A stretch of 64,000 nucleotides of DNA from Candidatus Saccharimonas sp. (GCA_039809225.1 JBDHUN010000001.1:22003-86002); one strand, 5' to 3'. Counted from the first letter of the stretch, positions 1 through 10,895 are shown. A program made the numbers and translations. Notes: a model not told the origin generated them from the letters alone.

Positions 1-339
1 ATCACTGGCGAAGAGGTGATGAGCCTGGTCGTTGCCTATGAGCCAGTCTGGGCCATTGGGACGGGTGACAGTGCCATGCCGCATGACGTCGAGGCGGCCG
101 CTAAAGCGATTCGTAGCCAAGTTACCCACCTATTCGGCGCCGAGGCAGGCAAGAAAGTGCGTGTTCTCTATGGTGGGAGTGTGACGGTTGACAATGCCGG
201 TAGTTATCTGGCAGCCGAAGGTGTCGATGGGCTATTGGTCGGTGGTGCCAGCCTCGATGTGCGAGCATTTGCATCGATTGTCAATAAAGCCAGTCAGCAG
301 GATATGGCAAAGGCAGTAGCCAAAGGGAAGAAGCGATGA
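1..339 (+). CDS. tpiA: Triose-phosphate isomerase, C-terminal part (gene begins upstream of the window)
   Basis: Frame open to the window edge. TIM active-site motif AYEPVWAIGTG and C-terminal LVGGASL. Stop TGA 337-339. Confidence 0.9.
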   Translation: MTGEEVMSLVVAYEPVWAIGTGDSAMPHDVEAAAKAIRSQVTHLFGAEAGKKVRVLYGGSVTVDNAGSYLAAEGVDGLLVGGASLDVRAFASIVNKASQQDMAKAVAKGKKR

Positions 340-1763
340 CAGATTTAGATTTTGATGAACTCGACAAAGCAGTCAATAGTTTGATGACGGGGACCTCTAA
401 CGCGACGGCTCCGGATGATACAGCTGCCAGCCCCGTAGTTACCGCACCTCCTGTACATAACGATACGTCGTCGCCTCAGGCTACACCTAGTGGTTCGTCA
501 GCTTCAACGAATACAACTTCGGCTTCACCAACTGCCGGTTCACTGGCGACTAAGCGGCGTGGGCAATTCATGGATATTGTCCGGCCGGGGAATACCGCCA
601 CGGCTGCTTCTTCTGCATCTGCACCGGCTGTGCCAGCTGCACCGGCCGCACCAGCAATGAGGCGTCAGGGAATATCGGTCCAACCCAGTGCAGAGCTCGC
701 CGCACGTGTCGAAGCAGAAGCCGAAGAGCATGCTCATAACTTGGCGATCGATATGAACCCGACGCCGGAACTTGATATGGAGGCAACGGGTACCGAACAA
801 CCCGATACGGCGGAGTCTCATGATGGCATGACGGATGCCATGAATACGACAGGTATGGATGATGCAAGCACTGACAGCGCCACTATTGCCCCGTCCGAAA
901 ATGTTGCTTTCGATGATAAGCCATCTCCCGAACAGCTTGAAGAGCCCGCGATAGCTGCTGATTCCGCCGTTGATAACGACGATCACAACAATGATAATAG
1001 CCTGAGCCAACTTGCTGATCACCCTGGTAATGAGGACACCCACCAGGTGTCACAAGCTTCTGAGGAGCCACTCTCATCGCCATTCCTCCCCAATGCTCAA
1101 GTTGAGAAACGACCGCTTGGTACCCCACCAAGTTCATCTGGGTCTACAGAGACCAACCTACCTGAAACACCTGCAGAAACGACCGAACCCAGCGACGAGC
1201 GTGCAACATCTGCGCCATCGATAGGCGAAACTACACCTGTGACTGACCCCACAAAACCCGACACACAAGCCGATATAAAAGCCGATACACCACCTGATGA
1301 GCACGGTGCTGTACCAGATTCGAAGCCAGAGACGAAGCCTAAAGAGAGCCATGAAGAGGCTCCGGTACCAGCAGCTCCCGCAGCTCCTAAGAAAGATCCA
1401 TTTGCACCCAACCTATCTGACGAGAAGCCCGATACCGGTACGCCGGACATTCCTCTCCCGGTCGAATTACGGAGTGACGTGGTAGCACTGGAATCATCAA
1501 ATACCAGTATGACGTCGACCGCTGCCCAACCCGTCTCGTCGCCAGCAGGAGGCTCAATCTCACAGCAATACACCGAGCAGCCAAGTAGCGGTGACCAAAC
1601 AAATGGCGCGATTTATGACACCGCAACGTATCACAAAGCTGTCGAACCGGTAACTCACAAAAAAGACTCGAAGAAAACAACCTGGGTTCTCTGGGCTCTG
1701 GTGCTGCTGGTGATTGGTGCGATTGCTGGTGCGGCATATTTCTACTGGTCGACGCAAGCCTAG
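336..1763 (+). CDS. Hypothetical low-complexity (P/A/T/S/D-rich) protein with C-terminal membrane anchor
   Basis: ATGA overlap with the tpiA stop. 475 aa of biased composition with one C-terminal hydrophobic helix (WVLWALVLLVIGAIAGAAYFYW). No recognisable domain. Confidence 0.6.
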   Translation: MTDLDFDELDKAVNSLMTGTSNATAPDDTAASPVVTAPPVHNDTSSPQATPSGSSASTNTTSASPTAGSLATKRRGQFMDIVRPGNTATAASSASAPAVPAAPAAPAMRRQGISVQPSAELAARVEAEAEEHAHNLAIDMNPTPELDMEATGTEQPDTAESHDGMTDAMNTTGMDDASTDSATIAPSENVAFDDKPSPEQLEEPAIAADSAVDNDDHNNDNSLSQLADHPGNEDTHQVSQASEEPLSSPFLPNAQVEKRPLGTPPSSSGSTETNLPETPAETTEPSDERATSAPSIGETTPVTDPTKPDTQADIKADTPPDEHGAVPDSKPETKPKESHEEAPVPAAPAAPKKDPFAPNLSDEKPDTGTPDIPLPVELRSDVVALESSNTSMTSTAAQPVSSPAGGSISQQYTEQPSSGDQTNGAIYDTATYHKAVEPVTHKKDSKKTTWVLWALVLLVIGAIAGAAYFYWSTQA

Positions 1764-1787
1764 CGATAAACTGATACAATAAAGAGG

Positions 1788-3950
1788 ATGGATATTCTCG
1801 AGGGGCTTAATGATGCACAACGATCGGCAGTAGTGACGACCGAGGGGCCATTATTATTGCTCGCTGGTGCCGGTAGTGGCAAAACCAAGACGTTGACACA
1901 CCGGATTGCTTACTTATTGGCACATGAGCACATCTTGCCGGATGAAATTTTGGCCGTGACGTTTACTAACAAAGCCGCCCGGGAAATGCGCGAGCGATTG
2001 TGGAAGTTGACGCAACTCTCGACCGCTGACGACAGCAGTGGTGCGGGGCAGTGGCTTCAGCAGGAGGGGCAAGCTCCTCCTCGGGCATTCATGCCATGGA
2101 TGGGTACCTTTCATAGCATCTGCATCCGGATTTTGCGTGCCGATGGACCAAGCATTGGTGTTCCGTCAAACTTTGTGATTTATGACGAAGACGATCGCCA
2201 GTCACTCATCAAACAATACATGCCGAGCGTCGACGACAAAAAGATCACCAAAGGAAAGATCTCGGGCGCAATTTCGCGGGCCAAGAACGATATGATTTAC
2301 CCCGATGAATATATGGCCAATGCTTACTCGCCTTTGCAGCAAGCCGTTCAGGAAGTCTATCCGAAATACGAGAAAGCGCGTCGCGAGGCCGGGGCGCTCG
2401 ATTTTGATGATATCTTGCTTGAAACGGTGCGACTATTTACTGAGCAACCTGAGGTACGACACAAATACCAAGAGAAATTTAAACACATCTTTATCGACGA
2501 GTATCAGGACACCAATGCCGCCCAATACGCGATTGTTAAAGCGCTCGTCAATGATCATCGCAATATTTGTGTCGTGGGGGACGACTGGCAATCGATCTAT
2601 AGTTGGCGTGGGGCGGATTTTCGTAACATTTTGCGCTTCGAACAGGATTTTCCCGGTGCGACGGTCATCAAACTCGAGCAAAATTACCGTTCGACCAGTT
2701 CGATTTTGGAAGTAGCGCAGAGGGTGATTGATCACAATATCGAGCGCACTGACAAAAAACTCTGGACAGACCAATCTGGCGGTCTTCCGGTGCAAGTAAT
2801 TGCGGCTATAAATGATGACGAAGAAGCCTACCGTGTCGCGCAAACCATCGAACAGCGGGTACGGGGCGGCAAGCATGAGTTTAGTGATGTGGCAGTGCTC
2901 TATCGTACCAACGCGCAGTCGGCCTCATTTGAACGTATGTTTAACCAATTTGGCATTCCGTTTCGCTTGATCGGCAGCCGTAGTTTCTTAGACCGCGAAG
3001 TAGTGAAAGATCTACTGGCACATTTGAAATTGATTCACCAGCCGCTAGACCGTGCTAGCTTCATGCGCATCGTCAACAAACCAAAACGCGGTGTCGGCCA
3101 GGTAACACTTGACAAATTTTTGACATGGCAAACCGCGACGCAGCGCACGATCATTGCTGCGCTGTGCGAAGCCGACGAATTATCCGGCGTATCACAAAAA
3201 GTGAAAGAAGCACTCAAGCAGCTCGGCACAACACTCGCCGGGTTTGAAGAGCGAGTGTTGGACGGTACCATCACACCAGCAGAGCTAATCGACGATATCA
3301 CCAATCGTTCGTTGTACTATCGCTATATCACCGACGACAAGCTTAAAGCAGCCGATCGACTAGAGCATGCCAACGAACTATCGACCTGGGCCAGTGAATT
3401 TAGTGATCTGGCGGAATTTTTGGCGAGTGCCATGCTGGTGTCGTCGAGCGATACGGTGAATGATCGTGGTGAAGTGGCGCTCATGACCGTGCATGCTGCC
3501 AAGGGGCTGGAATTTCCGATTGTCTTTATCGTTGGCATGGAGCAGGGGCTGTTTCCGTTGATTCGCGGTAATTATATTGAGCCGAAGGACCTCGAGGAAG
3601 AGCGTCGGCTCTGCTATGTCAGCGTTACTAGGGCGCGCGAAGAATTACTGCTCGCCTATGCTGAACAACGACGCTGGTTTGGCGGCAACATTCACCCCAG
3701 CTTGCCGTCACAATTTCTCGAGGAAATGCAGCTTACTACGCCGCGCCGGAGCGAGCCGCAGACTCGCAATCGTTCGGAAGACGATTACTTTACTGATTTT
3801 CCCGACTTTGATATTGGCGATAGGGTGCGTTCGGCACAATTTGGAATCGGTGAGATTATCGATATCGATGGACTAGCGATATCAGTGAAGTTCACCAGTG
3901 GGGCTACGAAACTGCTGAATGTTGAGTATGCTCGACTGGAAAAGCTGTAA
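1788..3950 (+). CDS. pcrA: ATP-dependent DNA helicase, UvrD/PcrA family
   Basis: Walker A AGAGSGKTKT, TFTNKAAREM, DEYQDTN and VSVTRAREEL motifs. SD-like aaagagg directly upstream of the ATG. Confidence 0.9.
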   Translation: MDILEGLNDAQRSAVVTTEGPLLLLAGAGSGKTKTLTHRIAYLLAHEHILPDEILAVTFTNKAAREMRERLWKLTQLSTADDSSGAGQWLQQEGQAPPRAFMPWMGTFHSICIRILRADGPSIGVPSNFVIYDEDDRQSLIKQYMPSVDDKKITKGKISGAISRAKNDMIYPDEYMANAYSPLQQAVQEVYPKYEKARREAGALDFDDILLETVRLFTEQPEVRHKYQEKFKHIFIDEYQDTNAAQYAIVKALVNDHRNICVVGDDWQSIYSWRGADFRNILRFEQDFPGATVIKLEQNYRSTSSILEVAQRVIDHNIERTDKKLWTDQSGGLPVQVIAAINDDEEAYRVAQTIEQRVRGGKHEFSDVAVLYRTNAQSASFERMFNQFGIPFRLIGSRSFLDREVVKDLLAHLKLIHQPLDRASFMRIVNKPKRGVGQVTLDKFLTWQTATQRTIIAALCEADELSGVSQKVKEALKQLGTTLAGFEERVLDGTITPAELIDDITNRSLYYRYITDDKLKAADRLEHANELSTWASEFSDLAEFLASAMLVSSSDTVNDRGEVALMTVHAAKGLEFPIVFIVGMEQGLFPLIRGNYIEPKDLEEERRLCYVSVTRAREELLLAYAEQRRWFGGNIHPSLPSQFLEEMQLTTPRRSEPQTRNRSEDDYFTDFPDFDIGDRVRSAQFGIGEIIDIDGLAISVKFTSGATKLLNVEYARLEKL

Positions 3951-4011
3951 TTTGCTATAAAGCATCTACTATCTTGCCAAAACCGCTTATTTTTGCTATA
4001 CTGAAAGGAAC

Positions 4012-5232
4012 GTGCTCGAGGTAGAGTTCGGAAGTATGCAAACGACTCAATTGTCACTACACCACACCCGGATTATCTCTGTTGCCGCTGCGATTGTAGC
4101 CACTGGCCTGCTTCTATTTGCAGGTCTTTCTCATAATGCGCGAGCTCAGTCACCCGATATTAGTACTGACACACACATCATTACCCTACACGATGATGGG
4201 GTTGACAGGGGCTTTATGACCAAAAAATCGACACTGCGCGAAGCGCTCGCTGAGGCTAAGATTGCAATTGATCCTAGGGACCGCACGGAGCCAGAGCTTG
4301 ACGAGAAACTTGTTTCCGGGTCGTACGAAGTCAATGTTTATCGCGCCCGCCCGGTGCTGATTCGTGACGGTGCTGCCGAAACTAAAGTCATTACCTCATA
4401 TCGGACCGGCAAGCAGATCGCTAAAGAAGCGAAGATTATTCTTCATAATGAAGATATTGCAACGCTTTCTACAGTTACCGACCTAACCACGACTGCGGGT
4501 GCCCCTGAGGTGCTAACGATTAAACGTGCGCTCAGTGTCAATTTTATCTTTTATGGCAAGCCAACTACTGTTTATACTTTTGCAAAAACGGTTGGGGAGA
4601 TGCTGCACCAAAAACGTGTCACGCCAACTGCGGATGATACTGTATCACCTGGTTTGACTACACCGATTACGGACGGTATGAAGGTAGAACTCTGGAAGAA
4701 TGGTGAGCAAGATATAGTGGTGGAAGAAGATATTGAATTTGAGGTACAAAAAATTCAAGATAGCAATAAGGAGCGCGGTTATCGCGAGGTCAAAACACCT
4801 GGCGTCAAAGGAAAGAAACTCGTTACGTACAAAATCGTCATGCAAAATGGCAAGGAAGTCGCACGCCAGGAGCTCAAAAGCGTTGTGACAAAGAGCCCAA
4901 CGAAGCAGATTGAGATTGTTGGAGCAAAAAACAACTACAGCGGAAGCCTAAATGAGTGGTTGCTAGCGCTTCGTACGTGTGAGACGCACGGGAATTATGC
5001 GGCAAACACTGGGAATGGGTTCTACGGTGCGTACCAATTCATGATAGGCACGTGGGATAATATTGCACGTAAAACAGGACGTATAGATCTGGTGGGCATA
5101 CGTCCCGACCTTGCAGCTCCGGCGGATCAAGATGCAATGGTAATTGCTAACGCAAATATGACCGCTGGATTATCCACGCAGCATCCAGGTTGCTACACAA
5201 AGCTGGGTCTGTCTAACAAGCCGCCGCTGTAG
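4012..5232 (+). CDS. Rpf-like cell-wall protein (DUF348-type repeats + G5 domain + C-terminal Rpf-type transglycosylase domain)
   Basis: N-terminal hydrophobic helix, G5-like segment (VTYKIVMQNGKEV) and C-terminal CETHGNYAANTGNGFYGAYQF motif. Alternative start ATG at 4036. Confidence 0.8.
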   Translation: MLEVEFGSMQTTQLSLHHTRIISVAAAIVATGLLLFAGLSHNARAQSPDISTDTHIITLHDDGVDRGFMTKKSTLREALAEAKIAIDPRDRTEPELDEKLVSGSYEVNVYRARPVLIRDGAAETKVITSYRTGKQIAKEAKIILHNEDIATLSTVTDLTTTAGAPEVLTIKRALSVNFIFYGKPTTVYTFAKTVGEMLHQKRVTPTADDTVSPGLTTPITDGMKVELWKNGEQDIVVEEDIEFEVQKIQDSNKERGYREVKTPGVKGKKLVTYKIVMQNGKEVARQELKSVVTKSPTKQIEIVGAKNNYSGSLNEWLLALRTCETHGNYAANTGNGFYGAYQFMIGTWDNIARKTGRIDLVGIRPDLAAPADQDAMVIANANMTAGLSTQHPGCYTKLGLSNKPPL

Positions 5233-5237
5233 GTGAT

Positions 5238-6008
5238 ATGAGTACTAACAAATCACTCGGACAACATTGGCTAAAGGACCGAGTCATATTGGAGCAAATT
5301 GCCGCTGCGGCGGAACTGGCGTCAGATGATACGGTGCTGGAGATCGGCCCCGGCCTTGGCACGCTGACCAGCGAATTATTGCGAAGTGCCGGGCGAGTCG
5401 TGGCGGTTGAGTTTGACCCTGAGCTGGCTCGGAAGCTACCCGGACAATTTCCCGGCACGATGCTTGAAGTAGTGCACGAAGATATTTTGTCGTTTGACCT
5501 CAGCTCACTACCCGCTGGCTACAAAGTGGTTGCGAATGTGCCATACTACATCACCAGCAAGATTGTCGAAAAGCTAATGACTGCGGCCAATAAACCGTCG
5601 CTCACAGTGTTGCTTGTGCAGCAAGAGGTGGCCGAGCGCATTGCCGCGCGGCCCGGTAGCATGAGTATCCTGGCGATCAGCGCTCAAGTTTATGCCGAGG
5701 CAAGCCTGGGAGTCAAGGTGCCGCGCGAGTACTTCACGCCGCCGCCAAAAGTTGATTCTCAGGTTGTGATATTAAGGAGTCGCCCCAAACCCCTCATAGC
5801 TCCCGAAGACGAGCGCGCTCTCTTTCGAGTTGTGAAAGCGGGCTTTGGTAATAAGCGTAAAAAACTGCGCAGTTCAATTGCCGCAGGCCTTGCTATCTCC
5901 AAACCAGCAGCCGAAGAGTTACTACGGCACGCCGATATCAATCCCGATGACCGTGCCGAAGGCCTTTCGATTGACGACTGGCTCCGCCTGGCTCGCCACG
6001 CGGTATAA
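5238..6008 (+). CDS. rsmA: 16S rRNA (adenine1518/1519-N6)-dimethyltransferase
   Basis: SLGQHWL N-terminus, SAM-binding VLEIGPGLGTLT and NVPYYITS motif typical of KsgA/RsmA. Confidence 0.9.
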   Translation: MSTNKSLGQHWLKDRVILEQIAAAAELASDDTVLEIGPGLGTLTSELLRSAGRVVAVEFDPELARKLPGQFPGTMLEVVHEDILSFDLSSLPAGYKVVANVPYYITSKIVEKLMTAANKPSLTVLLVQQEVAERIAARPGSMSILAISAQVYAEASLGVKVPREYFTPPPKVDSQVVILRSRPKPLIAPEDERALFRVVKAGFGNKRKKLRSSIAAGLAISKPAAEELLRHADINPDDRAEGLSIDDWLRLARHAV

Positions 6009-6017
6009 TAAACTTGT

Positions 6018-6422
6018 ATGGATCACAGTTATAACCAACTACTGCGAGAATCAAACGCGTTTTTTGGGTCATTTTTTAGTGTCACAAAGAATATCTGGTT
6101 TAGAAAATATCGCCAACAGCAACACGCACGCTACATATTTCGTGAGTTCAATGTTGTTGCTCTCTTGACGTCGGTATATTTGGTATCACTTATAGTTTTG
6201 CTACTAGTTGCCATGTTATTGATGCCTCTTTTTGTGCATTTAGTGACGTGGTTATCAGCATTGTTTTTCAGTGGCGACCGATCGTTCATTCAAGATGTGG
6301 TTGAACTAGCCATTTTAATCATACCCTTTTGCGTTATTATGCTTAGCTTTTCGAAGTATGTCGTGTGGCCATACACTTTCAAGTTCATGCTAGAGAAGGG
6401 AATGGTAAAACCAAAGTCATGA
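6018..6422 (+). CDS. Hypothetical small membrane protein
   Basis: 134 aa with 2-3 predicted hydrophobic helices. Stop overlaps the next gene's ATG (ATGA at 6419-6422). No recognisable domain. Confidence 0.5.
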   Translation: MDHSYNQLLRESNAFFGSFFSVTKNIWFRKYRQQQHARYIFREFNVVALLTSVYLVSLIVLLLVAMLLMPLFVHLVTWLSALFFSGDRSFIQDVVELAILIIPFCVIMLSFSKYVVWPYTFKFMLEKGMVKPKS

Positions 6423-7144
6423 TCCAGCAAGATCAACCAACGTGTTTTTCAGGACGGGTCGTCGCGAGAGTATCATCGCGTGAAGATGGTACAATGCTTG
6501 ACCGCACCTGTGGTAATCGCCACGAGCCGGCCGTCGTAGAGAACCGTCGTCGTTTTTGTGAGCAGGCGGGAATTGATTATGATCGATGCGTCTATCAAAT
6601 TATCACCTACGAACCCGGTACCTCATATGATGCCATTGCCGATGTCGATACACCGAATACAGACGGAATAATTGCCGATGTACTTTACACCGAAACGCCG
6701 GGACTGGGTCTTTTCTTGCCAATTGCTGATTGCGCTGGTACCGTCATCTATGATCAAGCGCGTCAGGCATTAGCACTGGCACACCTTGGTCGACATGCAT
6801 CTATTGCCGATACTGTGACAAAAACAATTCATCATTTTGTCGCTAAAGGCAGTAACCTAAAAGATTTGGTGATGTGGATGGCGCCAAGCGTCAAGCAGCC
6901 ACAGTACCGTATGGAATATTTCGATGCCAAGGATGACGAGCGCTGGAAAACGTTTGTGCAGACAACAGAAAAAGGCGTATTTCTCGATTTGCAAGGTTAC
7001 AACAAAGCTCGCGCCGAAGCCGCCGGTGTACGGCCGGAGAATATCCATATTTCACTGGTTAATACTGCCATTGATCCGCATTATTTTTCACACTCACAAG
7101 GTGACACCGCCGGTCGGTTTGCTGTCCTGGCCTTCTTAAGGTAA
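6419..7144 (+). CDS. pgeF: YfiH/PgeF family (Cu-oxidase_4, peptidoglycan editing factor-like)
   Basis: IADCAGTVIYD...LAHLGRH core and C-terminal YFSHSQGD..GRF, as in DUF152/YfiH proteins. The ORF is open from 6365, but ATG 6419 is coupled to the upstream stop. Confidence 0.8.
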   Translation: MIQQDQPTCFSGRVVARVSSREDGTMLDRTCGNRHEPAVVENRRRFCEQAGIDYDRCVYQIITYEPGTSYDAIADVDTPNTDGIIADVLYTETPGLGLFLPIADCAGTVIYDQARQALALAHLGRHASIADTVTKTIHHFVAKGSNLKDLVMWMAPSVKQPQYRMEYFDAKDDERWKTFVQTTEKGVFLDLQGYNKARAEAAGVRPENIHISLVNTAIDPHYFSHSQGDTAGRFAVLAFLR

Positions 7145-7192
7145 CGGGGATGCTATACAGGCACTTTTTACCTCTGGTATAATTAGACAGTA

Positions 7193-8680
7193 ATGGGAAA
7201 AAATCTCTACGTCACAACCGCGATTCCATACGTCAATGGTGCGCCGCACATCGGGCACGCTATGGATTATTTGTTGGCCGATATATGGGCTCGTTATCAG
7301 GTGCAAAACGGCCACAAGGTGCGATTTCAGATCGGTACTGACGAACATGGCAACAAAAATGCCATGAAAGCTGCCGAGCAAGGTGTCTCGCCCCAGGAGT
7401 TTGTCGATAAAATGTATCTGCCCTTCAAAGAAATGGCTGAGAAAGTTGGCAGCGGCTACACTGATTTTATTCGTACTACCGACCCGCATCATCGCGGCGC
7501 CGTGCAGTATATTTGGCAGCAGCTCAAGCCCCATATTTACAAAAACACCTACGAGGGCTGGTATTGTACCGGCTGCGAGCAGTTCTATACTGACAAAGAA
7601 GTCCAGATGACGAACGGTATATGCCCCAATCACCAGAAGCCGTACGAGCATCTAAGCGAAGAGAACTATTATTTGCGAGCTAGTGATTTCACCGACAAGA
7701 TTCGTGAAGCAATCGAGACCAATAAAATGCGCATTATTCCCGAATTTCGCAAAAAAGAAGTTCTCGAACTCATCAAAGACGGTGTCAAAGATGTGTCAAT
7801 TAGCCGACCGCGCAAGAGCCTCAGTTGGGGCGTGGCGGTGCCGGATGACCCCGAGCAAGTGATGTATGTGTGGCTCGATGCACTCAGTAATTATCTGACG
7901 GTAATTGGCTATCCGGACCATGAGGAGTGGCGCGAGTATTGGCCGGCTGATGTGCAGGTAGTAGGCAAGGATATTTTGCGTTTTCACGCCATTATTTGGC
8001 CAGCGATTTTACTCGGTATTGGTGTCAGTTTGCCCAAGCGCATTTTGGCGCACGGCTTTGTCAATATCGGTGGGTCAAAGATTTCCAAAAGCCTCGGCAA
8101 TGGTATCGATCCGCACGAAATTATCGACCAATATGGTGTCGATGCCTTTCGTTATTACTTTGCGCGGCATATTCCGACAACTGATGACGGTGACTTTACC
8201 TGGGAGAAGTTTGAGTTGGCTTACAACAACGAGCTAGGTAATGACCTTGGCAACCTTGTGCAACGCGTGGCGGCCATGATCACGCGCTATCAAGCTGGTG
8301 TGATTGGTGATAGTCCACAGGCTGAGCACGACATGGGTCCCTACCGCGAAGCGATCGAACAATTTCGTTTCAATGATGCGCTCAATGTCACCTGGAACAC
8401 CGTACGCTCGCTCAACCAATACCTTGATCAAGTCAAACCATGGGAAATCGCTAAAGAGCGTGATACTAATACCGAAGCCGCGCAACATCTCAGCGACGTC
8501 TTAGCACATGCCGCTAGTACACTGCTACAAGTGGCTGATTTACTAACGCCGTTTATGCCGACAACCGCTACTTCAATTCGTACGCTGTTTGAGACGAGTG
8601 TTGTACCGGCTGATGTGAAGCCGCTCTTTCCGAAGATTTATCTGCACACACCTGATCCAAAAGCACCAAAGACTACCTAG
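7193..8680 (+). CDS. metG: Methionine--tRNA ligase (short form)
   Basis: HIGH-type motif PHIGHA, KISKS (KMSKS) motif and Zn knuckle CTGCEQF..CPNH. TATAAT 7178-7183 lies only 9 nt before the ATG. Confidence 0.93.
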   Translation: MGKNLYVTTAIPYVNGAPHIGHAMDYLLADIWARYQVQNGHKVRFQIGTDEHGNKNAMKAAEQGVSPQEFVDKMYLPFKEMAEKVGSGYTDFIRTTDPHHRGAVQYIWQQLKPHIYKNTYEGWYCTGCEQFYTDKEVQMTNGICPNHQKPYEHLSEENYYLRASDFTDKIREAIETNKMRIIPEFRKKEVLELIKDGVKDVSISRPRKSLSWGVAVPDDPEQVMYVWLDALSNYLTVIGYPDHEEWREYWPADVQVVGKDILRFHAIIWPAILLGIGVSLPKRILAHGFVNIGGSKISKSLGNGIDPHEIIDQYGVDAFRYYFARHIPTTDDGDFTWEKFELAYNNELGNDLGNLVQRVAAMITRYQAGVIGDSPQAEHDMGPYREAIEQFRFNDALNVTWNTVRSLNQYLDQVKPWEIAKERDTNTEAAQHLSDVLAHAASTLLQVADLLTPFMPTTATSIRTLFETSVVPADVKPLFPKIYLHTPDPKAPKTT

Positions 8681-9180
8681 CCTGCACTGTTGATATATGA
8701 GTCTCGCGCTGCAGATTCGTCTCTTCTTCTTTTCCTATCTTCAGGTGCGGCGAAATCGTCTTCTGCTAGTACTTCTCCAGGAAAGATATCACGCTGTGGT
8801 GACATGTCCTCTTCAGCTGACAAGCTTAGCCTGAGGCCGGTAGCAGTCTTCACAAGTTCTACAAGAGATGCGCTGTCACTACGATAGTTACCCTGAGTCC
8901 ATCGCATTTCTATAACTAGGCCGCTCCAATACCGTGCATCACTTGACTGGAATGCCGCGCGCAATTCTGGGATAAATTCCTCTTGCTTACATAGACCATC
9001 TATTGTTGTCCACTCAGTCTCTTTTTTGTGAGTATCGCCAAACACAGAATCTGAGGTGCGATACAGTCTGTCGCCTAGGGCCTCAAACGCTTTTATGTAT
9101 CGTTCACGTTCGGCCCGTTCTTCGCTCGTTCGTTTCGCTTCTTCGATTTGTCGCAGGCGTTCAGCATACTCATCTTTCAC
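8677..9180 (-). CDS. Hypothetical protein
   Basis: 167-aa ORF convergent with metG (4-nt overlap of the ends). Charged N-terminus. No recognisable domain. Confidence 0.55.
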   Translation of the reverse strand: MKDEYAERLRQIEEAKRTSEERAERERYIKAFEALGDRLYRTSDSVFGDTHKKETEWTTIDGLCKQEEFIPELRAAFQSSDARYWSGLVIEMRWTQGNYRSDSASLVELVKTATGLRLSLSAEEDMSPQRDIFPGEVLAEDDFAAPEDRKRRRDESAARDSYINSAG

Positions 9181-9314
9181 TCTTGACTTGGTGCTAGTTC
9201 CATCATACCTACTTTATTTACCCTTTGTAAACGTATGTAGTGTCAATGTAAATAATCAGCACGCTATATAGAGTGATCATGGTGTTTAGAGAAAAATACC
9301 GATATACTTACGCT

Positions 9315-10097
9315 ATGCAATTAATTGATACGCATTGTCATGTGCATGACAGTGAATTTTATCCTGAAACCCGAGAAGAAGTATACCGGCAATCGCGTGC
9401 GAGCGGTGTGACAATGCTCTGCGTTGGCACAGATGTACGCTCTTCGCGCGAAGCGGTGGAGTTTGCGCGTACTCACGATGGCTGCTATGCAATCGTCGGC
9501 ATCCACCCGCATGAGGCCAAGGACAATACCGCCGGGGAGATTCGTGAGCTGCTCGAATCCGAACGCTTGAGAACGCAGCACTCAGAGCTTAGAACTATTG
9601 TCGGCATCGGCGAAATCGGCCTTGATTATTTTTATGAACACAGTCCGCGCATAATCCAGCAGCAACGATTGCGTGAACAACTAGCACTCGCGCGGGAGTT
9701 TGACTTACCTGTTAGCCTACATGTTCGTGAGGCGTATGACGATTTTTGGCCCATTTTTGATGAACTTCCTGGGGTGCGAGGGGTGATGCATAGTTTCACA
9801 GACAGTCAAGACAATTTGGATAAAGGCTTTCAGCGCGGGCTTTATGTAGGAATTAACGGTATCAGCACGTTTACAAAGGACGAAAATCAGCTACAATTGT
9901 ACAGAGAGGCGCCTCTGGAGCAAATTGTGCTCGAAACTGATGCACCATTCTTGACTCCGAAGCCTTTTCGTGGTAAAATGAATACACCAGCGTATGTGGA
10001 GTTGGTGGCACGTCATCAGGCGACGCTCAAGGGAGCGGCACCAGAGGATATTGCCGCACAGACAACACGTAACGCAAAGGAAATTTTTGGGATATAA
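9315..10097 (+). CDS. tatD: TatD family metal-dependent hydrolase/DNase
   Basis: Family-typical N-terminus MQLIDTHCHVHD and later GEIGLDY / ETDAPFL motifs. The ORF is open from 9273, but the homolog-like start is ATG 9315. Confidence 0.85.
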   Translation: MQLIDTHCHVHDSEFYPETREEVYRQSRASGVTMLCVGTDVRSSREAVEFARTHDGCYAIVGIHPHEAKDNTAGEIRELLESERLRTQHSELRTIVGIGEIGLDYFYEHSPRIIQQQRLREQLALAREFDLPVSLHVREAYDDFWPIFDELPGVRGVMHSFTDSQDNLDKGFQRGLYVGINGISTFTKDENQLQLYREAPLEQIVLETDAPFLTPKPFRGKMNTPAYVELVARHQATLKGAAPEDIAAQTTRNAKEIFGI

Positions 10098-10101
10098 ACG
10101 A

Positions 10102-10440
10102 ATGACCGACACACTCACTACACCCCGTGATACCTATCACATTCCCGGTGCTCTCGATGCTCAGGAAGTTTCTTTGGCTGCCGACCTGGACCAATATTCA
10201 CGTCAGTCAGTGCTCGACAGAATGACCAAAGATGCCGTTGATGCTGCCGCGCCACGCCATACTGTCGACCCATCTAATATTGATCATCACCGCGTAGAAT
10301 TTGGCGGAAAGGTCATCAACCTTGCGCAAGAAGCTCCCGCACCACCTGAACTCATGACACCTGAAATGATGCTAGCTATCGGTGGCCGTGTTGTCGCTAT
10401 GCGCCGATACGAGACGGAGGGGTTGCCAGAGGCTGCGTAG
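10102..10440 (+). CDS. Hypothetical protein
   Basis: ATG 10102 lies 4 nt after the tatD stop. The longer ORF from 9994 overlaps tatD out of frame. 112 aa, no recognisable domain. Confidence 0.5.
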   Translation: MTDTLTTPRDTYHIPGALDAQEVSLAADLDQYSRQSVLDRMTKDAVDAAAPRHTVDPSNIDHHRVEFGGKVINLAQEAPAPPELMTPEMMLAIGGRVVAMRRYETEGLPEAA

Positions 10441-10448
10441 CAAGTGCC

Positions 10449-10883
10449 ATGAATAACGTCTTGAAAAAAGCTCTCGTACTACTGACTGGCGACGATACGT
10501 CGCTTGATTTTTTGAAGGCGCCAATCAAGAAACGTCCGCTCAAGTCGCTCACGGAGCGTGAGCTATTGACCCTCGAGAGCGAAATTGGCGGTCAATTGTT
10601 TGGGCCAGTGCCGGAAGGGCATCGACGTGAATTTTTCTGTCTCGATGAGCGTACCTGGATCTGGTACGAAGAATGGCTCGATGAAAAAAACAAGAAACAA
10701 TCGACGACTGTGCGCTATGAAGTTGGCCCAAGCGGAGTACTGAAGGTCCAGGAAGGTGCGCGGTATAGCTACATCGAAGGCGATGAGTTACAGAATTTTG
10801 GGTTGTCACTGCGTCTTTACTACGAACAAGTAGCTCGCAAGGTCTACCACCGTGATCCGGCAACGGGTCAGAAATTGGTATAA
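10449..10883 (+). CDS. Hypothetical protein
   Basis: 144-aa ORF in the same operon-like + strand run. No recognisable domain. Confidence 0.55.
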   Translation: MNNVLKKALVLLTGDDTSLDFLKAPIKKRPLKSLTERELLTLESEIGGQLFGPVPEGHRREFFCLDERTWIWYEEWLDEKNKKQSTTVRYEVGPSGVLKVQEGARYSYIEGDELQNFGLSLRLYYEQVARKVYHRDPATGQKLV

Positions 10884-10895
10884 TACGATCTGGCG